Of a stretch of 64,000 nt of DNA, positions 1 through 12,654 are shown in pieces (positions within the stretch are counted from its first letter, which is position 1; each line of letters begins with the position of its first letter). Origin of the DNA: Lama glama (Eukaryota); the NCBI GenBank assembly GCA_028534125.1, contig CM052817.1:6512001-6576000 (forward strand), read 5' to 3'. The notes under the pieces are model-generated. The model was not told the DNA's origin and made no database searches. It worked only from the letters and a program-made list of their open reading frames with translations. The translations under genes and the position numbers were made by a program.

Positions 1-1505
1 CGTTTAATTTGTCTGTTTGACATATGCCAACTCTTTCCTGCCAGGCCCCCTGGTGTTCCCACGAGGAACTGGAAAATTCAACAGAGACTCGGAGGAGTGG
101 GGTGTTAGAGCGAGGGGGAAGCCTGGAGTTCAAGGTTTGAGGCTCATTTGTTTCTAAGCGGTGCTGTGGGTCATGGCACTGGGTTAGCTCATCCCGGGAA
201 AATTTCCCCTGAATCCTCGTGAGCCGCCTTTAACAGAGCTCAGTGCTTGTGATCTGGCCAGGCGGTGAGCACACAGGCTTCCTCCCTCTCCTGTCTTCCT
301 CTAGCAAAGGCAGTGACAAGCTATTAGCAGTGTTCCCCTTCCAAACTGCCATTTCAAGTCGGGTTTTACCAAAGTCATTATCTCTTTAATTTGCTCCCCA
401 GGGCGCTAGCTCACAAACAAGTAGCACCGGCAAGCGGGATAGAGCCATGCCTCTGTCTACCTTCCACTTTAAAATGTGTTTTTCTCCTCGAGGGCAATGG
501 GCAAATTGCTGACAGATACTCCGCCTGGGATGATGCGTGCACATCAGATCCATCAAGGATTCCATTGAAGCTCCACGGGTGGGGTCGTTTACCCAGCAAA
601 GCACAAAGATGGGTTTGGTTTCAACAGACCAAGTGTTCACATTCAGGTGTGAGCTGGCAGGCAGGCGATTAATGCTTTTACCCAGAGGCATTTGGGGTAT
701 CAATAATGCACAGAACATAAGAGGCCACCAGAAATCCTCTGTGTTCCTTCCACTGAAAAGAGAAGAGCTGAGAGTTGATTTCCAAAGGGTGAGAGAAGCT
801 TCTGGGGGCTCTGGATTAATTACATGTGATCTGTCTCCCTAATTACTGCAGGAAGTGGTATCCACTATTATTTAATTGGAGCTGTCGTTACTTAATTTAT
901 TTTATATTCTGAAAAGCAATTAATGGAGCTAGGAGAGATATGCTTGAGCCGTTAAAAGCTGTCTCCAGGCTTCCCAGAATCCAGTCCTCTAGTTTTCAAG
1001 GCAGCATTTATACCCTGTCTCCTCCAGGATGGATGCCTGGGTTCTTGTAGCAGATGCTAACAGCTCCCTCTTCCCTGAGTTTCTGTAGACTTCTCCTTAG
1101 AACCATAGTGTCTCATCCAGAATTTTCAGCCTTTTGCATGCCCCCTCTTCTAGGGACTGCAGGATTCTCTGGATCCACAGTTTAACACCAAGAGTGTAGA
1201 TGTTTTCTACGTTGGAAAAATCTAAATTTTGTATTTCAAAGATTACCTCTGAATGCATCTTTCTTCTCTGACAGCTGTAGAAAACCCTCTATTATGGTTG
1301 GTATGATGTCCAAATTAACTCCTCTTTTGAGACTTAGCAAATCCAGAATTTTGGAAGGTCAGAAACTGGCAGAAATTGTGGAGGTTTGCTAGTTCGAGTC
1401 CCTCACTCTCCTGATGAGAAAAGAGAAACAAAGGATAGAAAGTGAAAATGGACCAGCCCGGAGTTTCTGAGCTTAGCAGCAGAGCCTGGATTCCAAAGTT
1501 TAGAT

Positions 1506-1669
1506 TAGTGCCTCTCAAACTTTAATATGCATGTAGCTCTCAGAGGGATCTTGTTAAAAATTCGGATTCTGATCCAGTGGGTTCTGGCGAGGCCTGAGAT
1601 TCTGCATTTATAACAAGCTCCCAGGCGATACTGACACTGCAGGTCCCCAGACCACCCTGAATAGCAAAG
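1506..1669. mobile_element. MER5-family hAT-Charlie MITE
   Basis: Typical MER5 motifs: ctcaaactttaatatgcatg...gatcttgttaaaa...gattctgat...ggcctgagattctgcattt...aacaagctcccagg. Confidence 0.8.
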
Positions 1670-2719
1670 ATTTACAAAAGCTCAACGTGTGTTTGAATAA
1701 CGCCTTCTACGGGGGCATCAACTGTGTCAGTTCATCTTCCGTGCTTCTCTCCAGAATCCCTTCTGCCATCTTTTGACACTAACACCCGCTTTTCACCAGG
1801 TCAGTCTCTCATTCCCCGCACATAACTGTCGGTCCAGGGCAGTGAGGTCTGTCTGATCCTTCCCCATGTCCAGCTCCTGGTACGGGCTCGTGGTCCAGGA
1901 ATGGGCTTGTGGACCTGTGATTAGGGCTTGTGATGAGGCGTGGACTTGGGACTCCGGAGTGAGCTTGTGCTTCAGGTGTGGGTTTGTGCTTCAAGCTTGG
2001 CCCCTTAGCCCTGTGTCGTATCCGTTCTGTTAACGTGGGCACAGGACTGAAGCCATGCAAATCAGAGACTTTCCAATGTTTGCTCATATCACTGAGACAC
2101 AGATACTCCCCTTTGGTGGGCTCGCTGAGCAAACCTGGAGACACAGAAGCTGCTTTATTCTTTAACACAGCCTGCCTGCGAGCGAAGCTAGCGGTGCCCA
2201 GGAGCAAGGTCTAGAGAGAGAAAGCGTCTGCCTCTGGATGACAACGCTGCATGCTTGGGCCCACTTGTAAGTGAAGCTGAGTCAATACCTGGACTCTTCT
2301 ATTTCATGAGCCAGTAGAATCCCCAGTTCTGCTTCTGGTTGCTGTCACTTGAACCAGAAGGGTCTTGGTGAGCACAGCTCCTGTCAGGGAGCATTAGGAA
2401 AGGATTACTTACAAGAAGGCGGAGAGTCTAGAGAAATGGAAATGGGTTAATAAGCACCCAAAAGTAGCTGGATGCCTACAGCTGAAGATTCACAGGCGCC
2501 CCAGAGCACCCCACTAATCCCCAGCTCCTTGCACAAGCCCAGGGCTCTGGGCTCCTTCATCCACTGGGCTCCCTGCCTCTCTATCCTGAAAGGAGGGGCT
2601 CCAGGGAGAGGCTCCCCTACCATGTGTCCTCCTTAAAAGGCCATCACTTTGCACTCCTGTGCTTCCTTTAACATTGCAACCACTTCCCAAGAGGGAACGA
2701 CATCACAGCAACACTTGAG

Positions 2720-2870
2720 CTCAGAGCCTGCCTCCGTGTCCTGCCGTCTGCATGACCTGGACTACGGCTTCACTTCTCAGAGCCTCCCCTGCCACACCTG
2801 CAGGGCGAGGGCAGGAGAGCTGTTTCTGCGGAGCTCCTGAGAGGATTAAGTAGCATGCTATGAGCACAGT
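2720..2870 (+). mobile_element. MIR SINE, degenerate
   Basis: catgacctgg...cttcacttctcagagcctc...gagaggattaagtag...atgagcacagt follows the MIR core and 3' layout. Confidence 0.55.
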
Positions 2871-2985
2871 CCCCTTCTTTTCCTCTTCTCATTTCATAAT
2901 CTGGGTTTTGTCCTTTCCCTTATTTTTTTCCTTTTTGATATGCCGTTCTGATTGGAAACTTCCTTTGCCTTCTTTGAGGGCCTCT

Positions 2986-4160
2986 TCCAACAAATTGGAT
3001 AACCTAGAAGAAATGAATAAATTCCTAAAAACATACAGCCTACCAAGAATGAGTCGTGGAGAAACTGAAAATTTGAAGAGACCACAATGAATAAGGAGAT
3101 TGAATCAGTATCAAAAGCCTGCCAACAAAGGAAAGCCAGGATCAGAGGGCTCCACTGGTGAATTCCACCGAACACCTGGAGGAGAATTCAGACCAATGCT
3201 TCTTAAACTCACGCAAAACCTGACAAAGAGGGAATACTTCCAAATTCTTTTAATGAGGTCAGCATCACTCTGATACTAAAGCCAGACAGAGGCATCAAGA
3301 AAAGACAACTGCTGGCCAATATCCATGAAGAACACAGATGCAAAAATCCTCAACAAAATACTAGCAAACCAAATTCAATAGTACATTGAAAAGATCGTAA
3401 CTGTGACCAAGTGGAATTTATCCCTGGGATAGAGGGAAGGTTTAACACAGGAAAATCAGGAGGGAGGGTGTAGCTCAGGGGTAGAGCACATGCTTAGCAT
3501 GCGCAAGGTCCTGGGTTCAATCCCCAGCACCTAAATAAACAAGCAAACAAACCTAATTGCTCATCCTCCAAAAGAACCCAAAACACACAAACAGAAAAAG
3601 ATCTATTAATGTGACACACTGCATTAAGGGAGTGAAAAATTTAAAAGACACACGGTAGTCTCAGTAGATGCCAAAAAAACATTTGACGCAATTCAGCAAA
3701 CTTTTATGATAAAAACTCTCAGCAAAGCAAATTTAGAAGAAATTTAGATCAACAAAATAAAAATTTTTATTAAAAAAGAACAAGATCCTGTCACTTGTGA
3801 GAACGTGGGAAACGTGGAACTCAGAAGACACTTCATGCTCAGTGAAATAAGCCAGTTATCAGAAAGACAAACACTGCATCATTTCACTTACGTAAGGTAT
3901 CTGAAAACTCAGACCCATAGAAGAAAAGAATAGGATGGTGATCACCAGGGCTGGAGTGGGTGGATCTCATGTTTCACACAAACACACACAAACAAAAGGG
4001 ACGAAAGGGAGACTTTTGGAGGTGATGGATATATCTGTTACTTTAATATGGTGGTGATGGTTTCCCTGGTGTAAGCATAAGCACAAATTAAACTGTGTAC
4101 ATTAAGTACATACAATTTTTTTTGTATATAGGTTATACCTCAACAAAGTTGCTAAAAAGA
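2986..4160 (+). mobile_element. L1 fragment: ORF2 piece joined to ORF2 C-terminus/3' UTR, interrupted by a SINE
   Basis: Translates to NKLDNLEEMNKFLKTYSLPR (L1 ORF2); contains gatgcaaaaatcctcaacaaaatactagcaaacc; 3' part has atgctcagtgaaataagccag...ttatacctcaacaaagttg. Confidence 0.9.
3459..3600 (+). mobile_element. Vic-1-type camelid tRNA-derived SINE inserted in L1
   Basis: gggagggtgtagctcaggggtagagcacatgcttagcatgcgcaaggtcctgggttcaatccccagc (A/B boxes) plus A-rich tail; L1 resumes afterwards. Confidence 0.85.
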
Positions 4161-4199
4161 ATAATGAAATGCTTCCCTGCTTGTCTGTTTCATTCTCTT

Positions 4200-4695
4200 T
4201 TTTCCCAACCCATTTCCACGTGGCAGCCAGAGGACTGCTGTAAAACATAAATTAGATCTTGTGGTTCCCCTGCTTGAAGCCCTCAAATGCTTTTCCCTGA
4301 CGTTGTTGTCAGATTCCAACATTCCTCCATTCCAGACTCAACGCTTTCTGTCTACTCCTGGCACACAGAAGCCTTGTTCACACCACGTACTTCGCAGGCA
4401 CCCTGTGAAATGCTCCCCTCAACTCAGAACTCTGCACAATCATTTGTTTGACGTCATCCAGGTCCTCATGCTGCTACCACTGTTCCCTTCAGTCTGGGGT
4501 CTCTGACCACCTTACGTAACCCAGAGCACCCCATTCTCTGTCACATCTCTCTTTTGTGCTTTTTTTCCCTCTGATTATATTTGTCATCTCAGAAATCATC
4601 GTGTTTATTTACTAATTTATTTTAATTTTGCCTATTTTCCCCCTGTAGTGCTTGGCAAATAACAATATTCAATAAATAATGCCTATGAATGGGTG
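4200..4695 (+). mobile_element. L2 LINE 3' fragment
   Basis: tccacgtggcagccagagg...taaaacataaattagatc...cccctgcttgaagccctcaaatgctt, ending gtgcttggc...ttcaataaat...atgaatg. Confidence 0.7.
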
Positions 4696-5482
4696 AGCTG
4701 GTGTGTGGCCTTGCTTGAATCGCTTAATTTCCCTGGGTCTCAGCATCTCATTTACAGATTGAAGTCATTAGATGGGGACTTGCCTCGTTATGTGTACTCT
4801 CTGCCCTGTGGTCTGAATTTATGATGTGGGACTGGGATAGAAGAGAACGTGGTCCAAGGATGTGACATGGGACTGGTCCTTGAGATACTAAAGATTTTAT
4901 TGATGATACAAAACTAAGAAAAAAGAGTTATAATATAGACAGTAACTGTTATTAAGTCCATATTTATAGGCCGTCAGTGAGTTCTGATTATACAGAAGGC
5001 AAGCGTCATTCTGAGCAGATGGTGGTCTAGAAGCCCTCTTGAAGACGGGTGTTTTCTAGAAGAATGGGCATGAGCTGGGCCATGAGGGATGAGCCAGATA
5101 TGGATAAAGATTCCACACAGTGTGGATTTATTTTAAGACAATCTCATTCATCTCTGGACTCAGGTGCTGGAGCATGATGTCACAGTGTCTGGCCAGGTGG
5201 CACCTGGTGCCTAACTCTGCACACTCCAGCTTTGTGACCTTGGATGATCAACTGATCTCCTTGAACCTGTGTCCTCCTCTGCAATTATATAGAATTGGGA
5301 GAATTTGATTAAGTTATATTATACAAGGCCTCTGAGTGTATGGGACAGTGACTCACTCCTATTGGACCCTCATGAAATATTAAAGAAAAAAACAAAAGTA
5401 TTAACATACATAACTGCATGTTTCATGTTTTATTAGTCCATCATAAAATATTAAAGAAAAAAGTAGTGTGGAAGAACATAGG

Positions 5483-5725
5483 ACTAAATTTTATATATAT
5501 ATATATATATTTTTTTTTTTATTGAAGTATAGTCAGTTTACAATGTTGTGTCAACTTCTGGTGTATAGCATAATGCTTCATTCATACATGAATGTACATA
5601 TATTTGTTTTCATATTCTTTTTCACCATAAGTTACTACATGACATTGAATATAGTTACCTGTGCTGTACAGTAGGACCTTGTTGTTTATCTATGCACCCC
5701 AGTGTTCATAGCAGCACTAAATTTT
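5483..5725 (-). mobile_element. Short 5'-inverted L1 insertion with TSD
   Basis: Poly-T then attgaagtatagtcagtttacaatgttgtg (L1 3' end, minus strand); 27-nt inverted piece atgcaccccagtgttcatagcagcact; TSD actaaatttt at 5483-5492 and 5716-5725. Confidence 0.9.
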
Positions 5726-6865
5726 CTAATTTACAACCCACCATTAACTTCGGGCCATTCACCTTCTATGAAATTGTACGAGTTAATTCATATTCCTTGA
5801 CTGCTCTTCCGTGCCAGGTCTGGTGCTGGTTACCGGGTGACCCTGAGGTGCTTGCTCACGGTCATGGGAGGAACTATACTCAGTGCATTCTTCCAGCCAA
5901 ATTACATCCGTGGACAGAAGTGCAAAAATAGAGGTACTGCTAATGTTTGAAAGTACTGACAAGCTCTAAGACTTTCAAAAATAACCCAGTTTGATAAAAT
6001 CACTATGGCAAATAACATTTACCTCACAAAGATAGTCAAACATTTGTGCCTCCGACGTTTTCTCAAAAAAAGCCCAAATTTGGTGACATGTTATATTCTA
6101 ACAAAGAGCCACCAGTCTTCCAAACTTCTCACTTTATTTCTACCAAGAGCAATAGAAGACGCTTTTCTCGTCCAGTTCATTTTTCAGAGAAAAAATATTC
6201 AGTCACTTCATTTAAGTGACTAGCAGGACCAGGAAGAGGGTCAAACAAATGAGCTGGGTCCTGCGAGTGTAGGGTTGAGTCTTGCCTGCATTTTAAAAGA
6301 AAAATTGTATTTTGTTCAGAATGTGTGTTTGCATTAATTTTGACTTTTTTAACATTTGATTACATATACTAAAATAACATAAATATATTATTTGTCTTAT
6401 TCCTGAGTCTTTTGGCACTGCTGATTTTCCTCTCAAGATGGGCGTCTTGCTTGTCTCACCTTAGCCCTGGGGTGAATGAGAATTATAAAAAGCAAAGCCG
6501 CGTTCCTCGGAGGTGGGAGGTGGTCAGTTGGACCCACACACTGATACAGCTACCAGCCAGTTATCTACCGAGTAGACGTTGCACCAGGCACACTGCATGA
6601 GATGTTTCGTTTAATCCCTACAACATTCCCCAAGGACACAGCATACCTCCATTTGAGAGCTGAGGCACACAGTAGACCCTTGAAAACACGTGTTCATTGA
6701 GTAACAAGAACGGTAGTGCCTAACTTTTCTCGTTTGTGTCAAGGACTACAGTAAAAGTTTTACAAGCTCATGGCAACTTTAAGATCATAGATGAAGGAAT
6801 GTACCTGTTCACAGAAATAAAATGAAGAAATGGGGAAACTAAGATTTGAACCCAGGTAGGACTGA

Positions 6866-8124
6866 TTACCAGATAAAACATAGAATGTTCGGTTATAATA
6901 TGAATTTCAAATAAACACTGATTATTTTTAGTACATGTATGCATACTTAGACTAAAACCATTTTTGTTGTTTATCTGAAAGTCAAATTTAACAGAGCAGT
7001 CTGCTTTTTTTCATTTTGTATTTTTAAAAATATTCAACAAGCTTTATTTTTTTTTTAGAGCAGCTTTAGGTGCACAGCAAAATTGAGGGAATGTACAGAG
7101 AGTTCCTGTACATCCCCTGTCACTGCAAATACACAGCCTCCCCCGGTATCAGTGCCCCCCCCCCCCGGTAGTGGTGCATTTGTTACAAGTTATGGATCTA
7201 CACTGACCAATCATAATCCTCCAAAGCTCATGGTTTACCTAGCAGTTCATTCCTGGGTGTACACTGTATGGGTCTGGACAAATGTGTGGTGGTTTGTATC
7301 CATTGCTATGCAATCACACGTCGTGTTTTCACTGCCCTAAAAATCCTCTGTGCTCCATCCCCTGCAACCACTGACCTTGTTTACTGTCTCCGCAGTTTTG
7401 TCTTTTCCAGAACGTCACAGAGTCGGAATCGTACTGTGTGTAGGCTTTTCAGATTAGCTTATGCCACTTAGCAATAAGAATTTAAGTTTCCTCCACATCT
7501 TTCACGACGTGATAGCTCATTTCTTTTTAGCGCAGAACAACAGCCTGCTGGCCGGGTGGAGCACAGTTGTTTATCCATTCACCCACTGGAAGACATCTTG
7601 GCGACTTCGAAGTTTCGGCAATCATGAATAAAACTGCTATAAACATCCGCGTGCAGGTTTTTGTGTGGATAGATGTTTTCAAATCCTTTCGGTAAGTACC
7701 AAGTAGTGAGACTGCTGGATCATATGATAAGAGTATGTTTAGTTTTGTGAGAAACTGCCGGACTGTCTCCCAAAGTAGCGGCACCAGCTCGCATTCCCCT
7801 CAGCGATGAAAGAGAGGTACTGTTGCCCCATGTCCTCACCAGTGTCTGATGCTGTCAGTGCTCCGGATTTTGGCCATTCTAACAGGTGTCCAGTGGCATC
7901 TCGTTGTCCTCTTAATTTGCATTTTCCTGATGACCTGTGATGTGGAGCACCTTTTCATATGCTTATTTGTCATTTGTGTGTCTTCTTTGGTGAGGTGTCT
8001 GTACAGGTCTTTGTCCCTTTTTTTTTTTTTTAAACCGGGTTGTTTCTTTTCTTATTGTTGAGTTTGGATAGTCCTTTGTATAGTTTGAGTATCTTGTATT
8101 ATTCTTCACTAAATCTGGCAACCT
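6866..8124. mobile_element. MER53-like palindromic hAT MITE, split by an L1 (pieces ~6866-7005 and ~8093-8124)
   Basis: ccagataaaa...tgaatttcaaataaaca...ttgtttatctgaaagtcaaatttaac; terminal ctaaatctggcaacc follows the L1. Confidence 0.75.
7040..8090 (-). mobile_element. L1 3' region (L1MC-like)
   Basis: tttagagcagctttaggtgcacagcaaaattgag; minus ORF 7527-7784 PLLWETVRQFLTKLNILLSYDPAVSLLG...HTKTCTRMFIAVLF matches the L1 ORF2 C-terminus. Confidence 0.9.
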
Positions 8125-9408
8125 GAAACCCCAGCTATCTGATGACAATAATGCACATGCTTTTAAGCATTACGTTCCCCTGAGATTTACATAGTCCAAC
8201 CCCATAAGACACAGAGTTGGTAGAAATGCATTTTTGTACTCAAGTCTGCCTGATTCCTCACCTCCCACTGCTAACACTAAACAGATGGCACGGGTCTTCC
8301 TTTGCCAAGACAGGCCTTGCTTGGTGTCTATTTTCTCTTCATAATGGTCCTTCCTCTTTTCACTCTCGTGTCTTACTTCTGCTTGGTGATTATTCACTAT
8401 GCAAGAACCAAATTTACATCATAGCGAAACAATACGTTTCTCTGCGTCACTAACATTTGAGGTTCCTGGGAAGTAGTTCTAACTGGGGTTTTGAGATAAG
8501 AGCCTTCAACACAGCAGCAGAGTTCTCCGACTTGGCTTCCTTTATTGTCTCCATCCATCACGTGAGAAGATAAGGTGGGTAACGCCCAAGCCTTCCACCT
8601 GTGATACTGTGACATCTGGCGTCTTGAGTGGGTAGCTGTTTCCAATTCCATCCTTTTCCACCTTCTCCAGGAAGCCTTTTCCAGCCAGTTCCCCAGGCTG
8701 ATCCTGCACGTCATCCGTGCTCCCCCAGCCCTCCCTCTGCGGTTACAGCTGCCTTCCTACACCGTGCTGTAATTCTCTCCTGTAGCTTATAAGTTCCCTG
8801 AGGGTGATGGCCCTTGCCTGTTTACCGTGATGGCAGCCCAGTGCCCAGCACAAAGGAGTTATCAACAAAGGTCTGCTGAATTAATCAAAGTGTAACTACA
8901 TGGATACACAAAGGAGGCTCCCAAGAGGACAAAATGCCTGGGAAAACTGACCAGCACTTAGGACCCTATGGGGTCTCTGCACACCTGGTGCTGATATAAG
9001 CCTCTGATCGAGCAACCTGGAGGAAGCAGCTTGAAGGCACTATTTATCCCTGGGCTGCTTCACTGCCTCCACGCAGCCTGTCTCCCGAGAGCCACAAGGC
9101 TTCCTCCACAAACATCCCCCCTCACGCCGAGTTAGAAACAGACCTGGCAACAACAGTCACAAACAAAAGAGCAAACTGGCTCCCACTGCTGGCCATGCAC
9201 TGCGACTCCTCTGGGGTCGGCCTCTCAGAGAGAGCGCATCTGTCACGTCTCCTGTCCCAGGACCATAAACAGAGTGTCAGCGGGAAAAATGAAGTGACAT
9301 CTTCTGGGATAAACGAGTCTCTGAGGGGGCTGTGCCATTTGATAATCAGTCCTGCACTCAGTGATCAGAGAGCCCAAATGCCCAGATCCATGTCTAAAAC
9401 AGTCCAGT

Positions 9409-9562
9409 GGCAGAGGGTACAGCTCAGTGGTAGAGCATGTGCTTAGCATGCTCGAGGTCCTGGGTTCAGTACCCAGTATCTGCATCAAACAATAAATAGA
9501 TAGATAGATAGATAGATAGATCTAAATCCCCGCCAAAAATCTAAAATAAATAAATAAAATGA
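9409..9562 (+). mobile_element. Vic-1-type SINE with (TAGA)n in the tail
   Basis: gagggtacagctcagtggtagagcatgtgcttagcatgctcgaggtcctgggttcagtacccagta; agtccag repeated at 9401-9407 and 9563-9569 (TSD core). Confidence 0.85.
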
Positions 9563-9704
9563 AGTCCAGAAGCCCCTTCCTTTTCCCAGCAGCAGCCAAC
9601 ATCTGCTGAGTGTTCTGATATGGAAAGTCCTGTTTACTTCTCCTAAGAGAGAGAGACAGAGAGAGAGCACTTTTGATAACTAGATCTTTCATTTTCATAA
9701 TAAT

Positions 9705-9880
9705 CATACGAAGTAGGTATGACTGTAATAATTCCCATTTTACAGATGAGAAAGTTGAGGCCCAGGGAGGTTCAGGAACTTGTCCAAGATCATCCAGTTA
9801 GTGAGGGGCAGAGCAGGCAGGGACTTGAGCCGAGCCAGGCTGACGAGCGGGCAGAGCCCACACTGTGCCGCAGGCTTTAA
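9705..9880 (-). mobile_element. MIR SINE
   Basis: cccattttacagatgagaaagttgaggcccagggaggttcaggaacttgtccaagatcatccagttagt. Confidence 0.85.
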
Positions 9881-10454
9881 GGACTCCTGGGAGCTGTCTC
9901 TCAAGTGATGTTCTCTGTGTGGAATTCCCACAGCGTCCTGGGGTGTTGCTTCTTATGAGTCCACATTTTGAGACGGCAACACTGAGACTCAGTGAAGTGA
10001 AAAAAAAAATATTCTACAAGGCAACGAAACTAGTTTGTGATAGAATCAGAATCCAGACCCAGAAATGTGTCCCATCTGACACCAGAGCCTACGATGTTCT
10101 CTCTCTCTCTCCCCACGTGCGTGTCAGTGTCTTTACCCAAGTTGTATAAACACATTAATCAACTCAACAAACTTCTGTCCCTGCTCCCCTGTCTGTGAGC
10201 AGAGGTATTTATACTCAGGGATGTTGAATAATCCCTTCAAGTCTAATATTCTCTTCAATTCAATTATAAGCATCTATTCATGGAGCACCAGTTTTGTGAC
10301 ATCGTGGGAGGAAGTGGCTAGGATGAGTAGGATCCCGGCTTCCAGAAAAGCACCAAATGTAAACACATACAAGTAGTGCTGTCACAGCACGTGGCTTGAG
10401 AGAGGTCTAACCTCAGACTCCAGGAGCCAGGTCAGGAGGAAAAGCAACGGCAGA

Positions 10455-10925
10455 TTCATTCACTCCAACATTTAGCAAGTGCCCACTAGGCACGGGGAAT
10501 AAAATGGCAAACAGTAGTTGCAGACCCTGCCCTCATGAAGCTCACCATCTAGGAGGAGGCAGACAAGGAAACAGGCACGAATTCATTGCCAAAAGCACTC
10601 ACTCTGTCAGGGTGGAATTCCATGCATGAGCACCATGTGAAGGCTTCCCGCCTCAAAAAAAAAAAAAAGTGAAAGGAGGCCACTGCAGTCCCTGAAGGAT
10701 GAGTAACCAGAGCAGAGGTGAGAGCGGAGGGTGAGGGCCAACCAGCCAGTGTCCCAAGCCATGGGAACAGCACTGCCCAAGCAGCAGGGAGAAGTGTCGA
10801 GAGCCAAGGTCGGACAGATGAGCCTAGGTCGGCACCGTGCATGGACTCGTACGGAGCTGGACTAAGGAGCAGGGCTTTTGCCTTTGTTCTGTGTGCAACG
10901 AGAGCGATGGCCTGAGGAATGCAGG
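10455..10925 (-). mobile_element. L2 LINE 3' fragment
   Basis: ttcattcactccaacatttagcaagtgcccact...ccctgccctcatgaagctcaccatctag. Confidence 0.7.
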
Positions 10926-11080
10926 TGAAGATGATCGCTGACACACATGGAGAGTTACTTAACCCCCAAGGCCTTAGTTTCCCCGTCTGTAAGTGTATAT
11001 ATAACAGGACTTATCTCCTAGGATTCAAGGAGAGAATCTCAATGACATTTAACACCGCACCCGTGCACCCAGTACTCACA

Positions 11081-11210
11081 GGGGGAGGGTACAGTTCCAT
11101 GGTAGAAGGTGTGTTTAGCACGCACAAGGTTCTGGGTTCAATCCCCAGTACCTCTGTTAAAAAAAAAATCAATCAATCTAGTTACCTATCCCTCTTAAAA
11201 AGATAAAAAA
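11081..11210 (+). mobile_element. Vic-1-type SINE inserted in the 3' end of a MIR
   Basis: gggggagggtacagttccatggtagaaggtgtgtttagcacgcacaaggttctgggttcaatccccagtacctc plus A-rich tail; MIR core at ~10950-11075. Confidence 0.85.
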
Positions 11211-12654
11211 CAGTAGCCATAGTTATTATTTTAATCATAGTTTGATCACCACGATTACCTTACTGGATTGGTGTGATCATCCATACTTTGCATCTGAGAA
11301 ACCCAAGAACATCCAGAGGGCTGAGCACCACTCCGCAAACGGGCATATGTTAGATCACAGGAGATTGCAGGGTAATTCCCTACTTAGCCTCCTCCATGCC
11401 CTGTATCTGGAGAGCTGGCTTGCAGGTGTGTCACTGGTTGGGACGGGAGACAGGGCAACATCCTTGCCTGGGCCAGAGGATTGTCCAGGAAGAGATCGAA
11501 GAGAGGAAAGCGCCCCTTGGGAACAGGGCGGGGAAGCTGCACTTTGGGGACCGAGCTCCAGGCAGGGCCACCGGCCGCGAGGAGAGCTGACAGGGCAGGT
11601 CTGAACAGAAAGAAGCAAATCTTCAGCAAGTCTGGAAAGAGGCCAAATTCTAACAGTCAGATGTCTGAACAGTAACACACATCCCCAAGCACGGTTCATC
11701 CTTTGCCCAGAAGTTCAGTGGAAACAGGTCCTGAAGTCATGGAATGTTTCTTCATCTCATTCTAGGGCTGCTCCACGCCCTCCGGCAGTGGGCTTCTCTT
11801 AAGCTGTGTGCCAGGTACCATGTATGAGGTGCAGAGGAGTCATGTTAGCAACAAGGACGGAAGTGGTGCTGCCTTTACCCCAGGACCTGCTTTCCCGTGT
11901 GCTGTTGCCTTTCTAAATGCTTTTGCAGTTATTAATCCTCACGGTCACTGCACTGCTCTTGCAATGCTCATCAATGACACGGACTGGGCAGGAAGCAAAG
12001 AAAAGCAGAAGACTTGGGTCACGGGATGTTCTGTAACCGTCTTGGGCAACACCCCCTGTTCTCACCTCCACAGAAGTAAGATCTGAGGGTTCCCTGACAC
12101 CCACCCTGCGGTAGCTCTTCTGAAAGGCAGAAAATGACCTTCTGGAAAGGAAACCGAAATGGAAGGAAATGAACTAAAACTTCCTCATTAGTGAGATTCA
12201 TGTCAAACCAACAGGACTTGAATTGGCAGAACCGATATTACAATTCAGGCCTATAGGATTCTTTTGGCCATAAGCTTTCTCTGACCTTGGCCTCCCTGTG
12301 GAGAGAGATGGTGACCAGTTCTGGGCAAAGCAAGACAGTGGTTGGCAAGCAGTGGTGTGCACCCAGTGGGGCTGGCTGGTCCAGTGGGAAGAGTAGAGGA
12401 TGCAGGACTGTCAACACTTGATTTCCAACTCATCTTGTGTCTCTCACATGACCTAAATGCCAAAGGTCTGATTCTTACCATGTCCTGGTTGTCCCACAGG
12501 GAGTCTATGTGTGTGGTAGTAAAACAGCGTGTCCAAGCAGAGTCCAGCTCTGTCACCTACTAGTTCTGTGCATTTGAGGAAGTGGCTTTACCTCCATGAT
12601 TTCCAGATCTGCAAAATGTAGGAAAACAATAAAGACGTGTACAGACCCCTCCTA

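Noticed and set aside
41..60. CTCF-like motif (minus strand acaccagggggcc), also a weaker one near 11508-11523
   Set aside because: Partial matches only, expected by chance in 64 kb; needs PWM scoring or ChIP data
2872..2985. Possible inverted L1 segment upstream of the L1 at 2986
   Set aside because: Similarity to L1 is weak and could be pyrimidine-rich low complexity
3459..11210. tRNA-like sequences with A/B boxes at 3459, 9409 and 11081
   Set aside because: They have A-rich tails, TSD-like flanks and mutual divergence, so they are tRNA-derived SINEs, not tRNA genes
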